Below the pieces are notes generated by a model. The model had not been told where the DNA came from. It saw only the letters and a list, made by a program, of their open reading frames with translations, and made no database searches. Of a stretch of 36,171 nt of DNA, positions 17,067 through 24,828 are shown piece by piece (positions within the stretch are counted from its first letter, which is position 1; each line of letters opens with the position of its first letter). Source of the stretch: a virus (Duplodnaviria > Caudoviricetes); the IMG/VR virus record IMGVR_UViG_3300025103_004218, positions 1 to 36,171 of that record; one strand, given 5' to 3'. The position numbers and the translations under genes were made by a program.

Positions 17067-17720
17067 TTAAGGCAAGGTAATTCTTAATCTTTTTTTAGCA
17101 AAATGACTTTTCATTACCTCGATAAGGTTTAAAACTAGTGGGTCTATTCTTTGGTGTAGCTCGTACTCGTTAAGCTCATAAAAAGTCTCCATATTAATTA
17201 AAAAGTCTCTTTTACTCATCATCTTGGGCAAGTTCCTTTCCTCGTCTTCGTTAGCGGGTTGATTCGCCGCGATATGATGATTATTTTTAATTTTATATCT
17301 TTGGACGTGAACCAAAAAGCCGAGTAACTCCTCTTTAAGCCAGTGAACTTCGTCTTTCGAATACTCGTCATACCTAATATCCGTAATAATAACGCTCTCT
17401 TTAACGTTACCGTCTGGCCCCAATAGCTCTTTACTCAACTTGTCAATAAAATATCTACCGTTTGTCTCTTCCCTCTTTTTAGAGCCGTACTCAACAAGAT
17501 AATCTCTAATAGAATTCTTCTCTTTTCTCGTGCAATTCGTGGGGTCTATACCATACTTTTCAAGACAATCTTCTCTGACCTCATGTTTCAAGATGTCCCC
17601 TAGAGAATATCTCCTTATGTTTACGTGCCTCTGGAGAATTTTACAGAAAGTATCTTTACCTGCTCCGGCAGCCCCAGAAACACCTAAGACTAATCTTCTA
17701 TTCGCGTTTACAAATTGCAT
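17067..17720 (-). CDS. Deoxynucleoside monophosphate kinase (phage type)
   Basis: P-loop GVSGAAGAGKDT, LK..V, KE..R..LVEYG and IITDIRY..E. Confidence 0.8.
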   Translation of the reverse strand: MQFVNANRRLVLGVSGAAGAGKDTFCKILQRHVNIRRYSLGDILKHEVREDCLEKYGIDPTNCTRKEKNSIRDYLVEYGSKKREETNGRYFIDKLSKELLGPDGNVKESVIITDIRYDEYSKDEVHWLKEELLGFLVHVQRYKIKNNHHIAANQPANEDEERNLPKMMSKRDFLINMETFYELNEYELHQRIDPLVLNLIEVMKSHFAKKRLRITLP

Positions 17721-17731
17721 GTCAGAAATTA

Positions 17732-17760
17732 AATTTAAATGAAGTAAAATTTTATGTCAA
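17732..17760 (-). promoter_or_regulatory. Sigma70-like promoter for the dNMP kinase and downstream genes
   Basis: TTGACA-17 nt-TAAATT, with the ATG at 17720 close downstream. Confidence 0.65.
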
Positions 17761-17870
17761 TTTTTATGTTTTTAAAATGTCATTATTTGTAAGAAAATCA
17801 AGTAAGTAATATAACATTTTTTATAAATAGTATTATCGAATGAGTCTCTTCTTTAGGAAATATACAAAGA

Positions 17871-17899
17871 TACTCCCCCCTATAAAAAGGGGGGAAGTA
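17871..17899. terminator. Strong hairpin, possible terminator or 3' end of the candidate RNA
   Basis: TACT-CCCCCC-T-ATAAAA-A-GGGGGG-A-AGTA; on the minus strand it is followed by a short U-rich stretch (UCUUUGU). Confidence 0.5.
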
Positions 17900-18238
17900 G
17901 TAGAATGATGTTCTTCTTTGAGGCCCACTTTTGTTTTAATTGGTGGGGAACCCAATTAGACATACTACCGAAAATACGGAATCATCTCCCTTGTTACAGG
18001 GCAAGGAACGGTGCTAAAACCTTGTTACAATAACTCTCCCTAACTTAAGTCACACGCGGGGGTAATGCATCAGTAATTAACTGATCGTTTTTTTGAAGGG
18101 CGTATGTACCCTTAGCAGGAAATTCCTTTAGATGTAAGCTCCTACCGTGGCTTTTTAGGGCCGCTCTGACTCTTAAAGTCTCACTAAAGGCAAACTCCGT
18201 TGGTTTTCTCTCCACGAGCTTAAAAGTATTATCCTTTG
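17871..18238 (-). ncRNA. Candidate structured non-coding RNA (~370 nt), family unknown
   Basis: ORF-free, more GC-rich than its flanks, with many complementary helices including two predicted pseudoknots. It follows a sigma70-like promoter and ends in a strong C6/G6 hairpin. Confidence 0.55.
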
Positions 18239-18244
18239 AAACGG

Positions 18245-18273
18245 AACCTATTCCAGATAATAAAATTAGTCAA
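18245..18273 (-). promoter_or_regulatory. Sigma70-like promoter firing into the ORF-free structured region
   Basis: TTGACT (18273-18268, overlapping the upstream stop codon)-17 nt-TAGGTT (18250-18245). Confidence 0.55.
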
Positions 18274-18679
18274 CACTTTCTTCCGTTGGCGTAGATAAAT
18301 GCCCCGCTATAAGAACTAAATTGTTTATATCTTTACCTGTAATATTACTTGAATCACAAGTATCAGTATCATCTTGAATAACTTCACAAAAATTATTTAT
18401 TAATTCACCTATTGCTAAAGCTGTTTGTGGTTGTATTTCTACGTTTTGAGGAAAAGTGTTAAAAGGTTGTTTTAAAATCCAGTAAGTGGAATGCTCAAAC
18501 TTTGTTTTACTAATTAGCTCTTTATTTTCCAAATCCTCCAAAGAGGCTAGTACTGTCGCCTTGTCCCTATCTTGATCTTCGGATAATAAAATTAACTTAT
18601 TAAAATCAGTATTTAGCTCAAAACAATCGTTTTTTGAAAACCAATCAAATAACAAATTCGTGGCGGACAAAACGTTCAT
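18266..18679 (-). CDS. Acidic hypothetical protein
   Basis: Long ORF; start set at MNVLSA (18679) rather than the TTG at 18712, which coincides with a TTGACA hexamer. Confidence 0.7.
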   Translation of the reverse strand: MNVLSATNLLFDWFSKNDCFELNTDFNKLILLSEDQDRDKATVLASLEDLENKELISKTKFEHSTYWILKQPFNTFPQNVEIQPQTALAIGELINNFCEVIQDDTDTCDSSNITGKDINNLVLIAGHLSTPTEESVD

Positions 18680-18722
18680 TCTACAAATTCGCTTGTTTTT
18701 TATAAATGTCAAAAAATATACC

Positions 18723-18751
18723 TTGACCTTAATTTTTAAAACAATTAGTTT
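18723..18751 (+). promoter_or_regulatory. Sigma70-like promoter, nearly leaderless transcript
   Basis: TTGACC-17 nt-TAGTTT, with ATG at 18760 only 8 nt after the -10. Confidence 0.55.
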
Positions 18752-18759
18752 AATTGGTT

Positions 18760-19044
18760 ATGAGTAATGAGACATTTACAGTGGAAGAAAAACCTACAGT
18801 AGTCTTTTCTGGGTTTTGTAGCTTTAGCAAACAAGCAAAAAAGGTGGGACGTCCTAAAAAAAAGATTCATTGGCCTGAAGGGAAATTCACTTTTGAAGAT
18901 ATGCTAAAAGCAAATGAAAATTTATCAAAATCTTCTATCAGAAATAGTTTAATTGAAAAAATAAAAAACAAAACTTTAATGAAGGTGGGAAAAGTAAAAA
19001 CCTCTTTCGGAAGGCCAAAAGATTTATACCAACGATCCGAATAG
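18760..19044 (+). CDS. Small basic DNA-binding protein (winged-helix-like, with GRP motifs)
   Basis: KKVGRPKKK, FTFEDM...LSKSSIRNSL and wing-like KVGKVKTSFGRPKDLY. Confidence 0.6.
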   Translation: MSNETFTVEEKPTVVFSGFCSFSKQAKKVGRPKKKIHWPEGKFTFEDMLKANENLSKSSIRNSLIEKIKNKTLMKVGKVKTSFGRPKDLYQRSE

Positions 19045-19441
19045 GCTCTCTTGGGAGCATTATGCAATTAAATTAGCTAAAGTTGCCTCAGAGAGAAGTG
19101 AAGACCCTTACGTTAAAGTCGGGGCCTGTGTTCTAAGGAACGATAACTCTGTAGCCTCATTAGGCTACAATGGAGCACCTCCTAAAGTTGATATAGATTG
19201 GTCAAATAGAGATGAAAGAAGAAAGAGAGTCATACATGCAGAGGCAAACGCTCTTAGATATGTTACTCCGGGAGAGTGTAGACTCTTAGCCTGTACGCTC
19301 CTTCCGTGTAACGCTTGTTTAAAATTGATAGCTTCACATGGAATAGAGTTAGTTCTTTATACTGATGAGTATGAAGAGGACTCTAGCTCATTAATTTTAG
19401 CTAAAGAATTTGGAATTAATTTAAAAAAAATAAATGTTTGA
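19022..19441 (+). CDS. dCMP deaminase (no canonical start codon; missed by the ORF track)
   Basis: Manual translation: IYTNDPNRLSWEHYAIKLAKVASERSEDPYVKVGACVLRNDNSVASLGYNGAP...VIHAEANAL...TLLPCNACLKLIASHGI...*. The HAE and PCxxC zinc motifs are intact. The frame opens after TAA 18995-18997 with no ATG/GTG/TTG before the catalytic motifs; the ATT start at 19022 is tentative. Confidence 0.85.
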   Translation: MYTNDPNRLSWEHYAIKLAKVASERSEDPYVKVGACVLRNDNSVASLGYNGAPPKVDIDWSNRDERRKRVIHAEANALRYVTPGECRLLACTLLPCNACLKLIASHGIELVLYTDEYEEDSSSLILAKEFGINLKKINV

Positions 19442-19775
19442 AATTTTTTTAATATCTTCGTCAGCTTTTTTAATTCTTGTAATTTGGTTCAAGAGCGAAG
19501 CGTTTCAAGAATATTGTAAGATTTTCTATGCTGATAAATTTTTTTTAATTCACGACTTTGAAGAGAAGCAAAAAAATGATTTAACTTTAGATTATCATTC
19601 TTATTTATTAAAAGATCACGATAGCTTTTTTATCAGATTAATAACTTGCCCAATTTGTTTTTCTGTCTGGATTACTCTTATCCTTTGCTTCTTTTTTGAA
19701 AACTTTATTGCATTTCCTATTTGTAATTCTATAGCCTTAATTACTTATTACATTTTCAATAAAATAGCAGAATAA
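19434..19775 (+). CDS. Membrane protein with CPxC motif (DUF1360-like)
   Basis: Three hydrophobic segments; LITCPICFSVW. Confidence 0.6.
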   Translation: MFEIFLISSSAFLILVIWFKSEAFQEYCKIFYADKFFLIHDFEEKQKNDLTLDYHSYLLKDHDSFFIRLITCPICFSVWITLILCFFFENFIAFPICNSIALITYYIFNKIAE

Positions 19776-19776
19776 A

Positions 19777-20964
19777 ATGCACATAATAGAAACATTTTCA
19801 TTAGCAACTGGTCTACAAATTGATAAGCCAGAAATATTAGAGCACTACTTTCCTTTAGGGTTAGATCAAAAATATATTACTATCCAACCTTTTGGAAAGT
19901 TTGACAGTAGAAAATACGATTACTGGAATGAGGTGATGCATTTGCTGTATCCAGTTCTTTCCGCTAACGACATTTACCTATTGCAAATAGGGGGCAAAAA
20001 TGAACCAAGGCTAGATAATTGCGTTTATGTTAGTGGTCAAACCTCTTACAATCAAACAGCTTATTTAATAAGAAGGTCTGCCTTGCATTTAGGAGTGGAT
20101 AGCTTTGCGATACATATAGCTTCAGGTTTAAATAAAAAAATAGTTGGATTATACTGCAATATGTATACTCAAAACTCCAGACCTTACTGGAGTAAAGACG
20201 AAGACGTTATACTTCTTGAGGCTGACAGAAAAGGAGATAAACCAACTTTTGCTTCTCAAGAGCACCCTAAGTCTATTAATACTATAACTCCAGAATCTAT
20301 AGCTGGGTCAGTTTGCGAATTGTTAGGCTTAGATTTTTCACCGAAATTTAAAACGGTTTATATTGGGGAAAATTATCCCAACAAAACTTATGAAATGGTT
20401 CCAACTCATCCTGTAGATTTAAGAATTTTTAATTTAGACTCAGTAATCTTAAGGATGGACTTAATGTTTAACGAGGACATTCTTAAAGAGCAGCTAGAGC
20501 GTGGGCCTTGTTCCGTTCTAACCAATAAGCCTATAAAAATAGAACTTCTCAAAAAATACAAAAGCCGAATAAAAGAATTTGTTTATCTGATTGATGAAAA
20601 TAGCAATGCGGATTATGTGAGATATTTAAGAAGTAATGGAATAGCTTACGCTTTGTATAGCTTTCTTCGTCCAGAAGAATTAGAACAATATAAATTAGAT
20701 TATATTGATTACGGAAACATTATCCAAAGGCCCAAAAAACAAAGATCAGATACGGAAAAATTAAAAAATAAAAAGGATGAGGATTTATTTTACGTAAGCG
20801 GAAAGCACTACCTTTTGGGGGATTTGGCTTTCTGGAGGAAAGACCCAGACTTTAATTCTAAACCAATAAAAAATTCTAACTCTTTTATCCCTCAACCTAT
20901 ACCCGTTAACAATCCTTCCTTTTGGGATAATCTTGACTGCTATCATATTCTAGAAAAAGCTTGA
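19777..20964 (+). CDS. Glycosyltransferase family 9 (heptosyltransferase)-like protein with C-terminal extension
   Basis: YITIQP, LLQIGG, GQTS..QTAYLI and LHLGVDSFAIHIASG (GT9 DS..HxA motif). Confidence 0.7.
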   Translation: MHIIETFSLATGLQIDKPEILEHYFPLGLDQKYITIQPFGKFDSRKYDYWNEVMHLLYPVLSANDIYLLQIGGKNEPRLDNCVYVSGQTSYNQTAYLIRRSALHLGVDSFAIHIASGLNKKIVGLYCNMYTQNSRPYWSKDEDVILLEADRKGDKPTFASQEHPKSINTITPESIAGSVCELLGLDFSPKFKTVYIGENYPNKTYEMVPTHPVDLRIFNLDSVILRMDLMFNEDILKEQLERGPCSVLTNKPIKIELLKKYKSRIKEFVYLIDENSNADYVRYLRSNGIAYALYSFLRPEELEQYKLDYIDYGNIIQRPKKQRSDTEKLKNKKDEDLFYVSGKHYLLGDLAFWRKDPDFNSKPIKNSNSFIPQPIPVNNPSFWDNLDCYHILEKA

Positions 20965-20997
20965 GTCATTTTTTGATTTAGTATATAGACATATCTA

Positions 20998-21729
20998 ATG
21001 TCCGTTAAGAAAGAAAAAGTGAAAACCATTAAAAGGGATGAGAATGGTCTAATTCAAGGAATAGACTACGTTTACAACGAAGACGGCTTAATTGACTGGA
21101 GGAAGATGGTTAAGCCTGAATACTTGGTTGCTAACAGACAAAAGACTCAAGAGACCGATGTAACAAAAATAGAAGATAAAAATTTATTAATTCTTCTTGG
21201 GGGAATCAAAGAACTTGCTCAAATTCGTGGATATTCACATGTAACTTATGATGTAGTGTCTCCAAGCGCAGACTACGTTGTAACAACTTGCACGATCACT
21301 TGGAAGCCCAATTACGAAACAGAGAATGAGCCAGTTATCTTCTCTGCTATTGGAGATGCGTCACCCTCCAACACTAATGATTTTGCTAGATTTTTCTTGG
21401 GTCCAATAGCTGAAAATAGAGCTTTCGTAAGGTGCGTAAGAAACTTTTTAAAAATAAACATCGTCGGACAAGAAGAAGTAAACACAAATAATGTATCAGA
21501 TGTTTCTGGAGAACAAGTTGGGACAGTTTCTGGAGTAGGTCAAGTAGACGTAAAGAAGTGCCTAAAAGACCTTCTCTCTGAAAGGAAAATCCCCTTTGAT
21601 AAAGTTAAAAATAAACTTATTAAAGATAATTATCCCAACGCGGAAGAAATAAATAGTGTTGATGGAATTTCCAAACTGAAAGCTTACGAACTTTTGAAAT
21701 TTATTAAAAGTAAGACAAAGGGCGATTAA
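20998..21729 (+). CDS. Putative Rad52/Sak-like single-strand annealing protein
   Basis: Beta-beta-beta-helix pattern VVTTCTITW...FSAIGDA...IAENRAFVRCVRNFLKI. Confidence 0.45.
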   Translation: MSVKKEKVKTIKRDENGLIQGIDYVYNEDGLIDWRKMVKPEYLVANRQKTQETDVTKIEDKNLLILLGGIKELAQIRGYSHVTYDVVSPSADYVVTTCTITWKPNYETENEPVIFSAIGDASPSNTNDFARFFLGPIAENRAFVRCVRNFLKINIVGQEEVNTNNVSDVSGEQVGTVSGVGQVDVKKCLKDLLSERKIPFDKVKNKLIKDNYPNAEEINSVDGISKLKAYELLKFIKSKTKGD

Positions 21730-22742
21730 ATTACTTCAAATACTCCTGTGGACACGGCATGTCCGCCAAAAGTGGAGAGCTTTATCGGTCTTTTAAAACC
21801 AACAAAAGGTTCTGTTGGTACTTCCACGGTTACATAATCTAAACCGTCATTCGATGAAGTCTCAGTTACGTTAGCTAAATAGTCGAATATGTGAACTGAA
21901 ACAACGTTCTTTAAATTTTCCCCGCTTACGATAAAAGAACTACCCACTGCGCCTTGAGTTGGGTAAAATCCGCTAACCGTTGGCCTAAAGTCTAAAACCC
22001 CTTGAGAGACTTCATACTCTCTTACGAGATTTTCTCCTACATTTAAGCTTGTATTATCAGCTACAATTTTCCCGTTCACTTTATAGTCTTGACCCCCTTG
22101 AAAATTAAACTGAGCCTCACTTGAGGGTAGCGATAGATCAATAGCTGGTTGATAATCATAAGTTGCAAAGGAGGCTTTTACAGTTTTGTTAGCCGACGAT
22201 ACTCTTTCAACGCTTATATCTTTTACAGAATCTTTTACTTCAACGCTTGGGTTGATCGTCGTCGAGTAAGAATAACTAAAGGTGACAAGCTTTTCTTCTA
22301 AGACTTTTTCCGTCTTGTCAATTGTAATATCTTTAATTTTAGACAACTTTTTAGGCTTTATAATTTCAGTAGACCTATTTACTCGACCTTTAATTTTTTC
22401 GAAAAAAGTAAACTCTGCGTCCACTTTAATAAATGAGTAGGCTCTAGACGCAAAAGAGTAAGAGGATAAATACCCAGAGTTAATAGTTAGCCCACCTAAA
22501 TTTACAGAAATTGGCGTTTCGCTTTTATGAGTAAAATCGTAAATAAAATCTTTGCCAGTTAAGTAGTAACTAAGCCCTAATTGCCCTCGGTAATTTGACG
22601 TAGGAACAAAACTATTAGGGACTTTTGATTCTTCTTCAAATGCAGCAGCTATATCTATACTCGTTGATAACCTAACGTTATCGCAGTATATTATTTCATT
22701 ATTAATTTTTAAATTAATGTCTGAAAAATCTATATAGTTCAT
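21726..22742 (-). CDS. Putative tail-tube/baseplate-like structural protein with a C-terminal IPT/TIG domain
   Basis: Beta-rich body; C-terminal PTVSGFYPTQGAVGSSFIVSGENL...VTVEVP...IKLSTFGG is an IPT/TIG signature. Confidence 0.5.
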   Translation of the reverse strand: MNYIDFSDINLKINNEIIYCDNVRLSTSIDIAAAFEEESKVPNSFVPTSNYRGQLGLSYYLTGKDFIYDFTHKSETPISVNLGGLTINSGYLSSYSFASRAYSFIKVDAEFTFFEKIKGRVNRSTEIIKPKKLSKIKDITIDKTEKVLEEKLVTFSYSYSTTINPSVEVKDSVKDISVERVSSANKTVKASFATYDYQPAIDLSLPSSEAQFNFQGGQDYKVNGKIVADNTSLNVGENLVREYEVSQGVLDFRPTVSGFYPTQGAVGSSFIVSGENLKNVVSVHIFDYLANVTETSSNDGLDYVTVEVPTEPFVGFKRPIKLSTFGGHAVSTGVFEVI

Positions 22743-22799
22743 AACAAATTCCTGATAAAAATTACAACAATGTAGTGTAAATACAAGCGGAAAAAGGAA

Positions 22800-23327
22800 A
22801 TGGCATCAATATACAACATTAGTAATTACAAGGCTACGGTAGATTATATAGAAAATGATATTGTAGTTAAAAATAACCGGTTTTTTTACGCTCAACAAGC
22901 AAACGGGCCGAGTTCTACAGCTTCAGAGCCGCAAGAGGGCTCTGCTTATTGGGAGGGTATATTAACTCTCCCTCCAGATTCAGAGCAAAGACCTTATTTT
23001 TTTTGGAAGCCCAGTTACTCTGTAAGTGTTTCTCATAAGCCTAAAGTCAAAACCATAAAATATGGCGACGGATATGAGCAAAGGATGAAGGATGGAATTA
23101 ATAATAATTTATTACAATTTAGTTTAAAATTCCAGAACTTAGACGCCAAAAAAGCCACCGCTATTATTCATTTTCTGACTGCTAGAGCGGGAGTAGAATA
23201 TTTTTACTTTAAACCACCCGCTCCATATTCGGTATATAAGAGATTTGTGTGTGATAATTTTTCTAGCGACAATACATTTGTAAATAATTTCAACGTTTCC
23301 GCTACATTTAGAGAGGTCTCACCATGA
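22800..23327 (+). CDS. Minor tail protein, lambda gpM-like (distal tail)
   Basis: WKPS...KPKVKTIKYGDGYEQRMKDGINN...FLTARAGVEYFYFKPP...ATFREV, with an extra N-terminal CBM5/12-like segment. Confidence 0.8.
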   Translation: MASIYNISNYKATVDYIENDIVVKNNRFFYAQQANGPSSTASEPQEGSAYWEGILTLPPDSEQRPYFFWKPSYSVSVSHKPKVKTIKYGDGYEQRMKDGINNNLLQFSLKFQNLDAKKATAIIHFLTARAGVEYFYFKPPAPYSVYKRFVCDNFSSDNTFVNNFNVSATFREVSP

Positions 23328-24484
23328 GTTCTACTAGTGATATTGAAAGTTCGTTAAAAAAAGTCACTAGCGAGGCCACCTCGCTTGAGCCCAATACTTT
23401 AATAACTTTTTTTGAAATTGATATATCGGATTTAATAACTAACACTTTAAGCGGGAACACTCTTGCTATTGCTGATGAAGTGTTAAGATTTCACAACTTA
23501 CATATATTAGAAGGAAGAACATTATGGTATCAAAATAAGCAATATTATGGTGCTCCTATTATAGCTGAAGGTTTTGAATTAAACTCTTCTGGTGAACTTC
23601 CAAGGCCCAAATTATCAATTATGACTCATGAATCCATGAGTGACGAAAGCGTTGCTCAATTCGTTTCCCTAAAAAGAGCTTTTCTTCAATTAGATAATTT
23701 AGTTGGAGCAAAAGTAACAAGGATTAGAACTTTCGCAAAATTTTTAGACGCTAATAATAGTATTGACGGGATATCACTAGAGCCTGACGCACACGCAAGA
23801 TTCCCGGAAGAGGTCTTTTTTATAAATTCAAAGACTGTAGAAGATAAAAAATCAATTCAATTTGAACTCGCTTCTGTTCTTGACGTTCAAAATTTTAAAC
23901 TCCCCGGAAGAAGAGTTTTTGCAACGAGATGCCCTTGGGCTTATAGGGGTGAAGGATGCTGTTATGAATATAAGGCTAGTAATACGAACGATTTAAAGAA
24001 TCAAAAAGATGTTTTTGGAGCAACTGAACATTTACCTAAATTTGCCCCTCCTATTGCTAATGATAAAAATGAATTAATTTCAAGTCAGGTAAGTAATTAT
24101 AATTCAGACAATATAAAAAACCCTTTTGAGTGTGGTGCAGGAGACGCTCTTTGCCCTGTTGAGTGGAATAAGGTGTCTACTTATGCGAAAGGTAGAGTTG
24201 TGTTTTTGGAGAAAAATGGAGTTCGTTACTATTTTGTATCTAAAGGGAATACTCCGGTAGATGAAAGCACCGATGTTCCTTCAGGGTTTGCCCCACCCAA
24301 TTCTTTATATTGGGAGCCTGATCAATGTTCAAAAACTATAGCCGCCTGTAAATTAAGATGGGGAAAAAATGGGTCAGCAAAAAATTGCACAGATAGTAAC
24401 AATCCATGCACGAAAGGACACGCAAATGAGCTTTTGCCTTTTGGCGGGTTCCCCGGAACTAACACTAAAACTTCAATAACATGA
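23324..24484 (+). CDS. Minor tail protein, lambda gpL-like
   Basis: ITFFEID, PIIAEGFE, LPRPKL, GAKVTRIRTFAKFLD, CPWAYRGEGCCY, DQCSK..ACKLRW and LPFGGFPG. Confidence 0.88.
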   Translation: MSSTSDIESSLKKVTSEATSLEPNTLITFFEIDISDLITNTLSGNTLAIADEVLRFHNLHILEGRTLWYQNKQYYGAPIIAEGFELNSSGELPRPKLSIMTHESMSDESVAQFVSLKRAFLQLDNLVGAKVTRIRTFAKFLDANNSIDGISLEPDAHARFPEEVFFINSKTVEDKKSIQFELASVLDVQNFKLPGRRVFATRCPWAYRGEGCCYEYKASNTNDLKNQKDVFGATEHLPKFAPPIANDKNELISSQVSNYNSDNIKNPFECGAGDALCPVEWNKVSTYAKGRVVFLEKNGVRYYFVSKGNTPVDESTDVPSGFAPPNSLYWEPDQCSKTIAACKLRWGKNGSAKNCTDSNNPCTKGHANELLPFGGFPGTNTKTSIT

Positions 24485-24828
24485 TCCTTTCTAAAGAAAT
24501 AAAAAAGTATATTAAAAGGCACTCTTTAGAAGAATCGCCAAATGAGTGTTGTGGATTAATTATAGATAATGGAAATGAAAAGTTTGCTTTTAAATGTAAG
24601 AATATATCTTCAAAAAAAAATATAAGATTCAGGATAGACCCTTTAGATTATGTTAAAGGCACTGAGCTAGGAAATATTATAGCTTATTATCATTCTCATC
24701 CAGACAATAGACCTGAAAATAAACAATTTTCTAAAAGCGATATGTTAGTAAGCCGATCTCAAAGACTTCCATTATTAATGTATTACATTAAAGGCGACGA
24801 ATTTTTTATTTACGATCACAAAAAATGA
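24481..24828 (+). CDS. JAB/MPN-domain tail assembly protein (gpK N-terminal domain only)
   Basis: PNECCGLI and YHSHP...FSKSD (JAMM motif); no NlpC/P60 domain. Confidence 0.8.
   Translation: MILSKEIKKYIKRHSLEESPNECCGLIIDNGNEKFAFKCKNISSKKNIRFRIDPLDYVKGTELGNIIAYYHSHPDNRPENKQFSKSDMLVSRSQRLPLLMYYIKGDEFFIYDHKK

Noticed and set aside
17871-18238. RNase P RNA, group I intron or tRNA cluster as the identity of the structured region
   Set aside because: There is no GAGGAAAGUCC/P4 signature and no cloverleaf. GAGACU is present but pairs locally, with no matching S element or interrupted gene. A covariance search is still needed to exclude divergent members.
18684-18712. TTGACA on minus as the promoter (or TTG start) for the 18679 gene
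   Set aside because: The -35 is perfect, but the hexamer at 17-nt spacing (AATTTG) is a poor -10, so it was not called.
19042-19044. Stop-codon reassignment or TAG readthrough to explain the start-less deaminase
   Set aside because: The deaminase is in a different frame from this TAG, and conserved genes in the window are full length under code 11.
18867-19067. 66-aa minus-strand ORF, and similar short antisense ORFs inside recA, clpP, nrdB, gpJ and the tape measure gene
   Set aside because: They overlap well-supported genes on the other strand or frame and carry no motifs.
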